DNA of 64,000 nucleotides from assembly GCA_963815115.1 (NCBI GenBank), contig CAWFFN010000005.1, positions 384,001-448,000 on the forward strand, written 5' to 3'. Shown here one piece after another: positions 8,682-18,121 of the stretch. The stretch's first letter is position 1. Each line of letters begins with the position of its first letter. The translations under genes and the position numbers were made by a program. This stretch comes from an uncultured delta proteobacterium (lineage in GTDB: Bacteria; Desulfobacterota; Binatia; DP-6). Under the pieces are notes generated by a model. It saw nothing but the letters and a program-made list of their open reading frames with translations, did no database searches and was not told the origin of the DNA.

Positions 8682-9312
8682 AACGTGCCCCCGTCCGCCG
8701 GCGCTGCGGGCGGCGATCGGTCGTGTCGATCGCGGACGGGGCGACACCCGACAGGAAGATGGCCGCACCACGGTGCAGGCGCTCGGTGAGCGGCTGACCG
8801 CCGTCGCCGTGCAGCCATCGCAAGATGATGGCGTAGTAGGTCCCGATGAAGATGTCCGCCAGCTCGTGCGGATCGTATTCGGTGCTGACCTCGCCCCGGC
8901 GCTGCCCCTCGTGCAAGAGCGCCGCGCTCAGGTCGGAAAGGATGCGTTCGGCACGCACGTTGCCGAAGTTCAGAGCGCTCCGGGTGAACAGCGTGCGGTA
9001 GAACCGCTTGTCGGCCTGCAGCCCCCGCCCCATCGCCTCGAGCAGGCGCCTCACCTTCTCCGCCGTGGGGGCGTCCCGCCGCGCCTCGTGCTCGAGCATC
9101 TCCTGGTATCGCCCCACGGTGTCCTCGGCAGCCTGCTGCAGGATGGCGTCCTTGCTCGGGAAATAGTTGAAGAACGTCGCCTGGCTGATCTCCAGCTGTC
9201 CGATGATGTCGTCGATCGTCACCTCGTCGAACCCACGCTCCATGAAGAGCTGGATCGCGTTGGCGAGGATCTTACCGCGCAGCTTGTTCTTCTTCTCGGC
9301 CCGTAAGCCCAT
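8677..9312 (-). CDS. TetR/AcrR family transcriptional regulator
   Basis: N-terminal HTH: LFMERGFDEVTIDDIIGQLEISQATFFNYFPSKDAIL. Confidence 0.93.
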   Translation of the reverse strand: MGLRAEKKNKLRGKILANAIQLFMERGFDEVTIDDIIGQLEISQATFFNYFPSKDAILQQAAEDTVGRYQEMLEHEARRDAPTAEKVRRLLEAMGRGLQADKRFYRTLFTRSALNFGNVRAERILSDLSAALLHEGQRRGEVSTEYDPHELADIFIGTYYAIILRWLHGDGGQPLTERLHRGAAIFLSGVAPSAIDTTDRRPQRRRTGARS

Positions 9313-9354
9313 TTTCGCCTTCCGTGGTTCTCCGCCCGCGAGCGATCGCCCGAA

Positions 9355-10599
9355 TCACGGCTCGAACCGTCGCACGACGAGCGTCGAGTTGTTTCCTCCG
9401 AAGGCGAAGGAGTTGCTCAGTGCCGTCCGGATCTCCTGGCTGCGGCTCGCGTTCGGCACGTAGTCGAGGTCGCAGTCGGGATCGGGCACGTCGTAGTGCA
9501 GGGTCGGGGGAACCACCCCTCTCCGCACCGCGAGACAGCAGATGGCCGCCTCGAGCGCAGCCGATGCCCCGGCGGTGTGGCCCACGATGGACTTCGTCGA
9601 GCTCACCGGGATCGCGTGGGCGCGCGCGCCGCACACCCGTTTGATGGCGAGGGTCTCGATGTGGTCGTTCAGGTACGTCCCGGTCCCGTGGGCATTGATG
9701 TAGTCGACCTCGTCCACGCCGATTCCCGCGTCGTCCAGCGCCCGCTGCATCGCCAGCGCCATGCCGTGGCCGTCCGGATCGGGCGACGTGATGTGGTGCG
9801 CGTCGCAGCTGGCACCGAACCCGGCGATCTCCGCAAGCGGCTCCGCCCCGCGGGCGACGGCGGAGCGGAGCGTCTCGAGGACCAGGAAGGCGGCCCCGAT
9901 GCCCGGGGTGAACCCCATGCGCTCCTTGGTGAACGGCCTGCACGGCTGCGGATCGATCACCCCGAGGCGATATGCCCCGACCAGCCCGGATGCCTGGATG
10001 GCCTCCCACCCTCCCGCCAGCATGCAGTCGGCCTGCCCGGTGCGCAGCAGGTCGACCGCGTGCCCGAGGGCGAAGTTGCTCGAGGCGCACGCCAGGGAGA
10101 ACACCATGCTCGGACCACGCAGCCCGAAGCGGCGGGTCAGCAGCCGTGCCACCGCGGGAAACGGATAGGCGGCGAGCGTCCCGGCGGGCAGGTCGGGGAG
10201 CCCCCCGGCGCGGCGGCGGCGCACGAGCTGCTCGAGGAGGCCGAGCTGGCCGAAGTTGCTCCCCAGCGAGAGCCCCACGGCCGCCCCGTCGCGTTCGAGA
10301 CCGGCGTCCCGCAGCGCCTCTCGGGCGGCGATCACGGGTTGGGCCGCGAAGAGCTCACCATCGGCGAGCGCCACGTCGTGCGCGGACGCGTAGGCGTCGA
10401 TCTCCTCGATCGCGGGTGCCCCCACGTATCCGGTGTACTCGCCCGGGTCGAAGCCGTAGCGCGCGAACGTGGCCGCGAGCTCCGCCGCCGGTCGCAAGCT
10501 CGTCCTGCCCTCCACGATGGCGTTCCAGAGCGGCGCCTGCCCGATCCCGGCGGGCGAGACGATGCCCATTCCCGTCACGATGATGGGTTGGCCGTCCAT
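9355..10599 (-). CDS. FabF-like ketosynthase (second active KS)
   Basis: Triad intact: SLACASS, NAHGTGTYLND, KSIVGHTAGAS; C-terminal SFAFGGNN. Confidence 0.92.
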   Translation of the reverse strand: MDGQPIIVTGMGIVSPAGIGQAPLWNAIVEGRTSLRPAAELAATFARYGFDPGEYTGYVGAPAIEEIDAYASAHDVALADGELFAAQPVIAAREALRDAGLERDGAAVGLSLGSNFGQLGLLEQLVRRRRAGGLPDLPAGTLAAYPFPAVARLLTRRFGLRGPSMVFSLACASSNFALGHAVDLLRTGQADCMLAGGWEAIQASGLVGAYRLGVIDPQPCRPFTKERMGFTPGIGAAFLVLETLRSAVARGAEPLAEIAGFGASCDAHHITSPDPDGHGMALAMQRALDDAGIGVDEVDYINAHGTGTYLNDHIETLAIKRVCGARAHAIPVSSTKSIVGHTAGASAALEAAICCLAVRRGVVPPTLHYDVPDPDCDLDYVPNASRSQEIRTALSNSFAFGGNNSTLVVRRFEP

Positions 10600-10609
10600 C
10601 CGGCTCCTG

Positions 10610-11344
10610 TCATTCGAGAAGATCGACGAGCTTCTTCTTCACGAGCGGGCGCGAGACCAGCGAGGCGAACAGCTTCGCCTCACGCTCCGCGTCCACCTCG
10701 TTCACCAGCTCCAGGGCGGCGAGGGCCGCAGCCGGCTCCGCGCGCGCGATCGCGCCTGCCAGCCTGCGCGTCTCCTCGGCCACCTGATCCGGTGCGACGC
10801 ACCGGTTGACGAGCCCGATGCGATGAGCCTCCGGCGCGCTGACCGTCTGCCCGCTCAGGATCATCTCGAGCGCCTTCGCGCGTCCGACGAGCCGCGCCAG
10901 GCGGCCGATGCCGCCCAGAGCCGGCACGAAGCCGAGCGACAGCTCGGGAAACCCGAAGCGCGCCCGGCTTCCGCACACGCGCAGGTGGCAGGCGAGCGCG
11001 ATCTCGAGTCCCCCGCCGAGGCAGAGCCCGTTGACGGCCGCGATGAACGGCTTCGGGAGGCCGAAGAACTCGTCGAGCAGCGCGCGGCCGGCCCGGGCCT
11101 GTCGCTCCGCCTCGTCGGCGGACGGAAAGCGTGCGATCGCACTCAGGTCGCCGCCGACGGAGAACACCCGGGGCAGGCCGGTGACGATGACGACGCGCAC
11201 GGTGCTCGCGGCGACGATCGGCCGCGCCTCCTCGAGCTGCGCGAAGAGCGCCGGGGTCAGCGCATTCACGGGCGGGTTGTCGAGCCGCACGACGGCCGTG
11301 CTGCCCTCGACCACCGTCTCGACCAGCCTCCGCGGATCAGCCAT
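10610..11344 (-). CDS. Enoyl-CoA hydratase/isomerase (crotonase) family protein
   Basis: LDNPPVNAL, FSVGGDL, AVNGLCLGGGLEIALAC and FGFPELSLG, with both catalytic Glu positions present. Confidence 0.92.
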   Translation of the reverse strand: MADPRRLVETVVEGSTAVVRLDNPPVNALTPALFAQLEEARPIVAASTVRVVIVTGLPRVFSVGGDLSAIARFPSADEAERQARAGRALLDEFFGLPKPFIAAVNGLCLGGGLEIALACHLRVCGSRARFGFPELSLGFVPALGGIGRLARLVGRAKALEMILSGQTVSAPEAHRIGLVNRCVAPDQVAEETRRLAGAIARAEPAAALAALELVNEVDAEREAKLFASLVSRPLVKKKLVDLLE

Positions 11345-12506
11345 CGTCCCTGCGCACGCGCTCCAGCAGGGAGCGCGTGGGTTGGTAGCGACCGCCGAGG
11401 CTCGCCTCCAGCGCGGCCAACCTGGGCTCCAGGAGCGTCGGGTCGAGCTCCCGGATCTTCTCGAGCGGGCCCTCGTCCGTTCCGACGACCTCGCGCAGGA
11501 TGGCGTCGATCTCGTCGCGCTCGCCCAGACCCTGGGTGAGACAGCAGAGATACTCGTCGATGAGTCGCAGCCAGATCCGCCCGGGGATGTCCTCTCCCGG
11601 CTCGGGCCGCGGCGCGACGTCCGATTCCGCGAGCAGGGCGAGCAGACGCGGGTTCGCTCCCCGACCCCGGTCTCCGTACAGGAAGATCCCGCTCTTGCTC
11701 TTCCGTCCCAGGTGGCCCTCGGCGCGCAGCGTGCTCAGGATGCGGCGGACGCCGCCGTCGTCGGCGGCCAGCGAGGATCCCTCCCCGGTGAAGACGTCGA
11801 GGGCGACGTCGATGCCGACGAGATCGAGTGTCGACAGCGGGCCCAGCGACATCCCCGCGTCCGTCATCTGCGCGTCGACGGCGGCAGGGGCGGCGCCTCC
11901 CGCGCACACGGCCAGGCCCTCCGCGATGTAGCCCGCGAGGAGGCGATTCACGACCGAGCGCCGGACCACGAAGGGGCGCTTGCCGAGCGAGCGACACCAG
12001 GCCGCGATGTCCGCCACCGCCGACGGCGCCGTCCGCGAAGCGGGAATGATCTCGACCACCGTGGTCAGCCTGACGGGCGCGAGGAAGTGCGTGCCGACGA
12101 AACGCGCCGCGGCGGGAAGACCGTCGCCGAGCACCTCCAACGAGAGCTCGGACGTGGTCGAGGTCAGGATGGTGCGCTCGGGACAGGCGCGCGACAGCTC
12201 CGAGAGGACCCGGCGCTTGGCGGTCGGATCCTCCGCGACCGCTTCCACGGCGATGTCGACGTCCCGAAAGTCGGAAAGGTCCTGCGTGACGCGTACCCGA
12301 TCGAGGAGCTCCGCCACCGTCGAGGCCGCCAGCCGGCCGTGGTCGCGTCGCCGCTCCAGCCGCCGGCGGACCCCGGCCCGGAAGGCCGCGCCCGATTCGG
12401 GCCGCCGCGCGAACAGCGTGAGCGGCATGCCCCGGTCGGCCAGCAGATCCGCGAGACCGCCGCCGATCTGTCCGAGGCCGACGATCCCCACCCGCTGCCT
12501 AGTCAA
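11337..12506 (-). CDS. 3-hydroxyacyl-CoA dehydrogenase family protein
   Basis: VGIVGLGQIG Rossmann motif, EAVAED...K, GTHFLAPV, GPL...DLVGIDV, LGRKSKSGIF. TTG start overlaps the ACP2 stop. Confidence 0.88.
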   Translation of the reverse strand: MTRQRVGIVGLGQIGGGLADLLADRGMPLTLFARRPESGAAFRAGVRRRLERRRDHGRLAASTVAELLDRVRVTQDLSDFRDVDIAVEAVAEDPTAKRRVLSELSRACPERTILTSTTSELSLEVLGDGLPAAARFVGTHFLAPVRLTTVVEIIPASRTAPSAVADIAAWCRSLGKRPFVVRRSVVNRLLAGYIAEGLAVCAGGAAPAAVDAQMTDAGMSLGPLSTLDLVGIDVALDVFTGEGSSLAADDGGVRRILSTLRAEGHLGRKSKSGIFLYGDRGRGANPRLLALLAESDVAPRPEPGEDIPGRIWLRLIDEYLCCLTQGLGERDEIDAILREVVGTDEGPLEKIRELDPTLLEPRLAALEASLGGRYQPTRSLLERVRRDDG

Positions 12507-12825
12507 TCTCGACCTCGCCCCGGAGGATCCGCGTGATCAGGTCGATCAGCTCTCCCAGCGTCTCCACCGGGTTGCGGCGCCCGAAGCGCGCCAGCTTCCG
12601 GGTGTCGACCGTGATCTCGTACTGTCCCTGGAGCTCCTCGAACAGGGCGAGGAAGAGCAGCGAATCGAGCCCGAGATCGTCGAACAGGTGCGCCTCGTCG
12701 CGCATCTCGGCGATGTCGCGTTCCAGCTCGTCGGCGAGGAAGCGCTTCACCTGCGCGCTCACCTGCGCACGCTCCGCGGAGCGCGCGGGGCCGCCGACGT
12801 ACGTCGAGCTGCTCTCGTCCGACAT
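12499..12825 (-). CDS. Acyl carrier protein (ACP2), 108 aa
   Basis: HLFDDLGLDSLLFL motif; start MSDESSS at 12825 after GGAGGA. Confidence 0.9.
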   Translation of the reverse strand: MSDESSSTYVGGPARSAERAQVSAQVKRFLADELERDIAEMRDEAHLFDDLGLDSLLFLALFEELQGQYEITVDTRKLARFGRRNPVETLGELIDLITRILRGEVEID

Positions 12826-12841
12826 GGGTCCTCCTGCGCGT

Positions 12842-14065
12842 CTACTGGAGCGACTCGCTCCTCCTGACGACGAGGCTCGCGGCGCGGTCGCAGTCGAAGC
12901 TGTTGACGACCGCGGTCCGGACCGCATGGGGCACGCTGCGACCGCGCACGTGCGCCGGCACGATGCAGTCCGGGTCCTCGTCCTCGCAGTTCACGGTCGG
13001 CGGAACGCGGTCGTGCTGGGCGGCGAGCAGACAGGCGACGACCTGGAGCATGCCGGAGGCGGCGCCGGCATCGCCGAGCATCGACTTGATGGCGCTGGTG
13101 CGAAGTCGGCGCGGCTCGGCGGCGAACAGCCGCCGGAGCGCCATGGCTTCACCGCGATCGCCGGACGGGGACGAGCCGGCGCCGGCCGCGACCCAGTCGA
13201 CCTCGTCGGCACCGGTGCCGGCCGCCGCCAGAGCCCGCTGCATTGCCTCGGCGATGGCCTCTGCCGTCGCGAGGACCTCCTCGCCCGTCTCGACGGGCAC
13301 GCTGCCGTACCCCGCGACCTCGCCGTACACCCGGGCACCGCGGCCCCGCGCGGCCTCGGCGCTCTCGAGGACGAGGACTCCGCAGCCCTCGGCGAGGATG
13401 AGCCCGCGCCGCCGCCGGTCGAACGGACGCGGCGCCATGGTGTCTCCGAGCACGCCCGTGCGCCAGAACCCCTCGACGAGGGGCGGAGACAGCACCTCGA
13501 GGCCGCCGACCAGGAGGGCGCGGGCGCGCCCGCAGCGCAGCGCGGTGAGTCCGTGCTGGAGCGCGTCCAGCGACGAGGTGGCGCCGTTGGTCACGGTCGT
13601 GTTGAGACCCCGGATGCCGAAGCGAATCGCCAGATTGCCGCCGGCGATGTTGATGAACAGGTTGGGAAAGCGCAGCGCATTCGTGCGCTCGCCCGGCGAG
13701 AGCAGGCTCTCGTAGAAGCCGACGCAGTCCCCGACGTTGCTGAAGCTCGATGCGACCACCACCCCGATGTCCTCGGCCGCGTCGGGAGAGATCTCCAGGC
13801 GTGCGTCCCGCCGCGCGAGCTCGGCCGTGCACAGGAGGAGCCGGGTCGCGTCGTTCAGGTACTTGAGCCCTTTCGACCCGATGATGTCCTCGGGCCGGAA
13901 CTCGCCGAGCTGCCCCGCGTAGCGATAGGCCTCGGGCAGCGCCTCGAGCCCTGCGATCGGCCTCACGGCGAGCCGACCTTCGGCCAGACCGTCCCAGAAG
14001 GCGTCGCGACCGACGCCGAGCGGACTGATCACTCCGATGCCCGAGATCACGACGCGGTCACCCAT
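12842..14065 (-). CDS. Non-catalytic FabF-like ketosynthase (second chain-length-factor-like protein)
   Basis: KS fold (RVVISGIGVISPLG, RPFDRRRRGLILAEG). The Cys position reads NGATSS; the His motifs are replaced by AGAGSSPSGD and KSMLGDAG. Confidence 0.88.
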   Translation of the reverse strand: MGDRVVISGIGVISPLGVGRDAFWDGLAEGRLAVRPIAGLEALPEAYRYAGQLGEFRPEDIIGSKGLKYLNDATRLLLCTAELARRDARLEISPDAAEDIGVVVASSFSNVGDCVGFYESLLSPGERTNALRFPNLFINIAGGNLAIRFGIRGLNTTVTNGATSSLDALQHGLTALRCGRARALLVGGLEVLSPPLVEGFWRTGVLGDTMAPRPFDRRRRGLILAEGCGVLVLESAEAARGRGARVYGEVAGYGSVPVETGEEVLATAEAIAEAMQRALAAAGTGADEVDWVAAGAGSSPSGDRGEAMALRRLFAAEPRRLRTSAIKSMLGDAGAASGMLQVVACLLAAQHDRVPPTVNCEDEDPDCIVPAHVRGRSVPHAVRTAVVNSFDCDRAASLVVRRSESLQ

Positions 14066-14068
14066 GGA

Positions 14069-15436
14069 TCAGTACCGCTCCCGCTCGTCCACGAGGCGGC
14101 GCAGCTTGCGCTCCTGGAGCAGCGCCCCGCGCGGCACCGCGGTGAACCGGAGGTCGAAGAGCCCGAGCTGGTAGTCCTTCCACGTGGTCTCGAACTTCGC
14201 GCGCAGCACGTCCTTGAACCGCTGGGCGACCTCTGCCACGTCGCCGCCGTCGAGCTCGAGCCGCAGCTCGCACACGTCCTGGTGCCCGTCGCGCCGGATG
14301 GCCACCTGCCAGGTTCCCGACGCCTGCGGGACGTCGTTCAGGATGGCCTCGAACAGCGCGGGGTGTACCCCTTCGCCTCCCAGCATGACGATCTCGTCGC
14401 TTCGGCCCCGCAGCGGTGACAGCCGCCGCGTGACGATCCCGCAGTCGCACGGCTCGGAGACGAGCCTGGCGACGTCGCCCACGCGGTAGCGGATGAGCGG
14501 CATGGTGGTGCGATCGAGCGTGGTGAAGACCACTTCGCCATTGCCGTCCGCGTCCGGGTCGACGATCTCGAAGAGGAAGCTGAACTCGTTCAGGTGGTAT
14601 CCGGACCGGAACCGGCACTCCATCCCACCGGCTCCTTCCGTGCACCCGTAGCACATGAACATGCGGGCGCCCCAGACTTCTTCGATGAACTGCCGCGAGC
14701 GTTGCGGCAGGCCCTCGCTGGCGCCGACGATCAGCCGCAGCGGCGAGGCCCCCTGCTCACGCGCCAGCTGGGTGAGGCGGAGGATCCACGACACGTCGCC
14801 GATCAGCACGTCGTAGCGATGCTCGGCCAGACGCCGGTAGACCTCGGCAGGGGGAATCTTGCCGGGAAAGGCGCCGAAGGCACCGAGCTTGGTGACGGCG
14901 CGGGCGAACCAGGGACCGCCGTTCCAGTAGTGGTAGTCCGAGGTGCTGATCACACGGTCGCTCGGGCGAATCCCGACGTGATAGAGGCCAACGGCCATGA
15001 GGCTGGTCGCCGCCTCCACCTCTTCGTGCGAGTAGTATATCGTCTTCCTGCGCTGGGCCGTGCCGCTGGTCTCGTAGAGCACCTGGGGAGGTCGGCAGAG
15101 GAAGTCTTCCGCCGGATGGTCGAGGAGATCCTGCGGCGTCGTGAACAGGTCGCCCAGCTCGGCCGGATGCGACACGGTCGCCGGGTCGACGCCGTGGCGC
15201 TGGAAGAGCCGCCGGTAGAACGGCGAGTGGCGGGCGGCGTGGAGCAGCGTCCGCCGGAGCTTCCAGGCCTGGATGCTGTGCAACGTCGCCGGCGAGCTGG
15301 CGCGTGCGGCGAGGCGGTAGGCGGCCTCGACGGACCGTCCGTTGACCAGGCTCGCCACCGTGCTGGCCACCCCGCCGACGATCCAGTGTCGCCACATGGG
15401 CTCTCCACGCCGCGCCGGCGCGGGCTGGGCGGTCAT
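14069..15436 (-). CDS. Phenylacetate-CoA ligase (PaaK)-like adenylate-forming enzyme
   Basis: SPFYRR, ETSGT, YGCTEG, MPLIRYRVGD and GRSDE motifs. Start placed at the ATGA overlap (15436); ATG 15397 is an alternative. Confidence 0.85.
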   Translation of the reverse strand: MTAQPAPARRGEPMWRHWIVGGVASTVASLVNGRSVEAAYRLAARASSPATLHSIQAWKLRRTLLHAARHSPFYRRLFQRHGVDPATVSHPAELGDLFTTPQDLLDHPAEDFLCRPPQVLYETSGTAQRRKTIYYSHEEVEAATSLMAVGLYHVGIRPSDRVISTSDYHYWNGGPWFARAVTKLGAFGAFPGKIPPAEVYRRLAEHRYDVLIGDVSWILRLTQLAREQGASPLRLIVGASEGLPQRSRQFIEEVWGARMFMCYGCTEGAGGMECRFRSGYHLNEFSFLFEIVDPDADGNGEVVFTTLDRTTMPLIRYRVGDVARLVSEPCDCGIVTRRLSPLRGRSDEIVMLGGEGVHPALFEAILNDVPQASGTWQVAIRRDGHQDVCELRLELDGGDVAEVAQRFKDVLRAKFETTWKDYQLGLFDLRFTAVPRGALLQERKLRRLVDERERY

Positions 15437-15783
15437 CGGGGCGACCCCCGCTCCCAGTAGTTGACGGTTGCCGTGGCGAGCGCGAGGGCGTCGCCGAGCG
15501 CGCACCGCTCCGAGCGCAGGACCGCGACCCACTCGGGCCGGAAGGTCCGATCACCCGGCCCGAACCGCTCCCAGACCGCGGTCATGCGCTCGGCCGTCGC
15601 GTCCGACTCGGCCTCGACGAGGTCGTCCCGCTCGGCCACGAGCTGGAGCCCGCGGATCGCCTCGTCGATCTGCAGCAGCTCGGCCTGCGCGAGCGCGCCG
15701 GCGCGCATCGCGGCCAGGCAGATCAGCGCAAAGAGCACGAGGTCGTGCTCGCCCTGCGCGGCGGCCTGATCGCGATTCGGCAT
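15433..15783 (-). CDS. Hypothetical protein, 116 aa
   Basis: C-terminal part of ORF 15433..17313 (MPNRDQAAAQGEHDLVLFAL...). It exactly fills the gap between ino1 (5 nt spacer) and the ligase (ATGA overlap). No family recognised. Confidence 0.7.
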   Translation of the reverse strand: MPNRDQAAAQGEHDLVLFALICLAAMRAGALAQAELLQIDEAIRGLQLVAERDDLVEAESDATAERMTAVWERFGPGDRTFRPEWVAVLRSERCALGDALALATATVNYWERGSPR

Positions 15784-15788
15784 GTCGC

Positions 15789-16958
15789 TCAGGTGCGGCT
15801 GCGCTCGGTCGCCTCGATCCAGCGTTCGAGCATGCTGCGCTGCCGGAACAGATCGTGCTCCGGGCGTGCATCGACGCCGTTCACGATCGGATGCTTGAAG
15901 AAGAGCGACAGCTGCTCCTGCGGCCCGGCGGCCCCGGCGCGCGCGGCCCGGTCGAGCAGGCGCGCCGCATCGATCGCGAGCGGGGCGGCCAGCACCGAGT
16001 CCCCGCCCAGGAGATTCACCTTGAGCTGCATCGGGACACCGCAGAACCCGATGAAATCGATGTTGTCCCACGATTCCTTGAAGTCGCCGCGCGGGCCATA
16101 GTACCGGATGTCGACGATGTGGTTCTCGACCGGGTAGCCGAGGATGGCGTCCAGGACGCCGAGCTTGTTGTGGAGCTTCTCCACGGCGCGCTGCGGATGC
16201 GAGAGATTCTCGCCATCGGCGTTCCCGAGGTAGTTGGCGCTGATCCAGCCACGGACCTGGAGCCCGCGCAGCGCGAACATGGGTGCGAGCACGGTCTTCA
16301 GCAGCGTCTGACCGGTCTTGCCGTCCTTGCCGCAGAAGGGCGTGCGCTCGCGTCGCGCCAGCGCACGCAAGGCCGGCAGCTCGGCGCTCACGTTCGAAGT
16401 GAAGTTCAGGTACGGAATCCTGTTCGAGAGCGCCAGCCACGCATACACCATCGACGGTGTGATCGCGGGGTCGTCGGTGAGGAGCGCCCGCTCGAATGCG
16501 TCGAGGTCGTCGTGGACGTCGGATGCGACGGGCGTCTCCACCGCGGGCAGGACGTCGACCAGGACCAGGTCGTGGCCGCCGGCGCGGAGGGTTCGCAGGT
16601 GCTCGCGAGCGCTGCGCAACGCGTCGGCGCGGCGTCCGGCGATTGCGGGCAGCGGGCGCGTCTGCTCCAGCTCGGCCGCCACGGTCCGGACGAGCTCCGG
16701 AGGCACGACGCCCTTCTCGCGCACCGACTCCACCAGCGGCCGCGTGTCGAGGTCCCAGCCCATGACGTGGATGGAGGAGAGCGGCGCGAGCCCGAGTCGG
16801 GTAGCGGGCGACGTGGCGGGCCCCGAGCCGGGCGGCCAGGGAAGCTCGGTCAAGAGTCCGGCGGGGTCGGCGTGACGCTGGAGCCCCGCGAGCCCCGCGG
16901 CGATGGTGGTCCCGATGCACCCCGAGATTCCCGCTACGGCGAGCGTCAGCCCCTTCAT
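15789..16958 (-). CDS. ino1: myo-inositol-1-phosphate synthase
   Basis: GWD, GKDGKTGQTLLK, NYLGNADG, EKLHNK, GDFKESWDNIDF, GGDSVLAAPLAID and FFKHP motifs; start MKGLTLAVAG at 16958. Confidence 0.88.
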   Translation of the reverse strand: MKGLTLAVAGISGCIGTTIAAGLAGLQRHADPAGLLTELPWPPGSGPATSPATRLGLAPLSSIHVMGWDLDTRPLVESVREKGVVPPELVRTVAAELEQTRPLPAIAGRRADALRSAREHLRTLRAGGHDLVLVDVLPAVETPVASDVHDDLDAFERALLTDDPAITPSMVYAWLALSNRIPYLNFTSNVSAELPALRALARRERTPFCGKDGKTGQTLLKTVLAPMFALRGLQVRGWISANYLGNADGENLSHPQRAVEKLHNKLGVLDAILGYPVENHIVDIRYYGPRGDFKESWDNIDFIGFCGVPMQLKVNLLGGDSVLAAPLAIDAARLLDRAARAGAAGPQEQLSLFFKHPIVNGVDARPEHDLFRQRSMLERWIEATERSRT

Positions 16959-17170
16959 CCACCTGTCCCGTCTGGCTTCGCTTCTCCGCTTCCGAACGAC
17001 CACGGCCGCGTCCCTGCCAGCGGACCCGGCCCTCGTCTCCCGGCGCACCTTGCACGCGGTGATGGGTATTGGCAACACTCGCAGGCGGGGGATGAGACGG
17101 TCGGGCGGAGGAGGGCGAGCCGGCCGTCGGTTTCCGGGCCTGCTGGGCTTCTGGTATCAGCCAGGCCAGC

Positions 17171-18113
17171 ATGGGCGAGTCGGCGGGGGTGGATCTCCAC
17201 GGGCTCGCGCGCTCCTTCGGTGAGGTCGAGGCGGTGCGCGGCGTGTCGCTGCACATCGACGAAGGAGAGACCGTGGGGCTGCTGGGTCCCAACGGCGCGG
17301 GCAAGACCACCACGCTCTCGATGCTGGCCGCCCTGCTTCCGCCGTCGTCGGGTGACGCGGAGATCTTCGGAGCCAGCCTGCGCCGCGAGGCGTGGACGGT
17401 GCGCCGCCTGGTCGGCCTCGCACCCCAGGACGTCAGTCTCTATCCCGAGCTGACGGCGGACGAGAACCTGCGCTTCTTCGGCCGGCTCTACGGCCTCGGC
17501 GGAGCGCGGCTGCGGGAGCGCGCGGACGAGCTGCTCGACCTCGTCGGCCTCCTGCCGCGCCGCCACGACCGGGTCGCGACGTACTCGGGAGGCATGAAGC
17601 GCCGGCTCAACCTCGCCTGTAGCCTGCTGCATGCGCCCCGGCTGCTGCTGCTGGACGAGCCCACGGTGGGCGTGGATCCCCAGTCGCGGGACAGGATCTT
17701 CGACGCCATCCGGGAGCTGGCACGACGTGGACGGACCATCCTCTACTCGACCCACTACATGGAGGAGGCCGAGCGCCTGTGCGACCGCATCACCATCATG
17801 GACGAGGGACGCCTCGTCGCCGCCGGGACGCTCGGCGAGCTCCTCCAGATCCCTCGGCATGGGAGAGATCATCGACCTGATCGGCCTCGGCGAGGAGCTC
17901 GGCGACGGCCAGCTGGCGTCGATCCCCGGCGTCACCAAGATCGAGCGGAATGAGCGCTCGACCCGCATCTTCGTCGAGAGCGCCGCGCGCGCGCTCCCGG
18001 CGATCGCGGCCGTCGTGGCCCGGGGCGGCGAGAGACTCCGGGGCGTGCAGATCTATCCCGTGGACCTCGAGCGCGTCTTCTTGCACCTCACCGGGAAGCA
18101 CCTGCGGGACTGA
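17171..18113 (+). CDS. ABC-2-type exporter ATP-binding subunit, with an apparent +1 frameshift at ~17851-17853
   Basis: Walker A GPNGAGKTT, YSGGMKRRL, LLLLDEPT. The typical C-terminus (DLERVFLHLTGKHLRD) lies in the next frame; removing one C from ATCCCTC joins the two. Confidence 0.87.
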
Positions 18114-18121
18114 CGACGTCG

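Noticed and set aside
5270-14065. Standard aryl-polyene or aromatic type II PKS call
   Set aside because: No cyclases/aromatases, glycosyltransferase, LolA/MMPL or methyltransferase are visible, and three B12 rSAMs plus a desaturase do not fit; not fully excluded without phylogeny.
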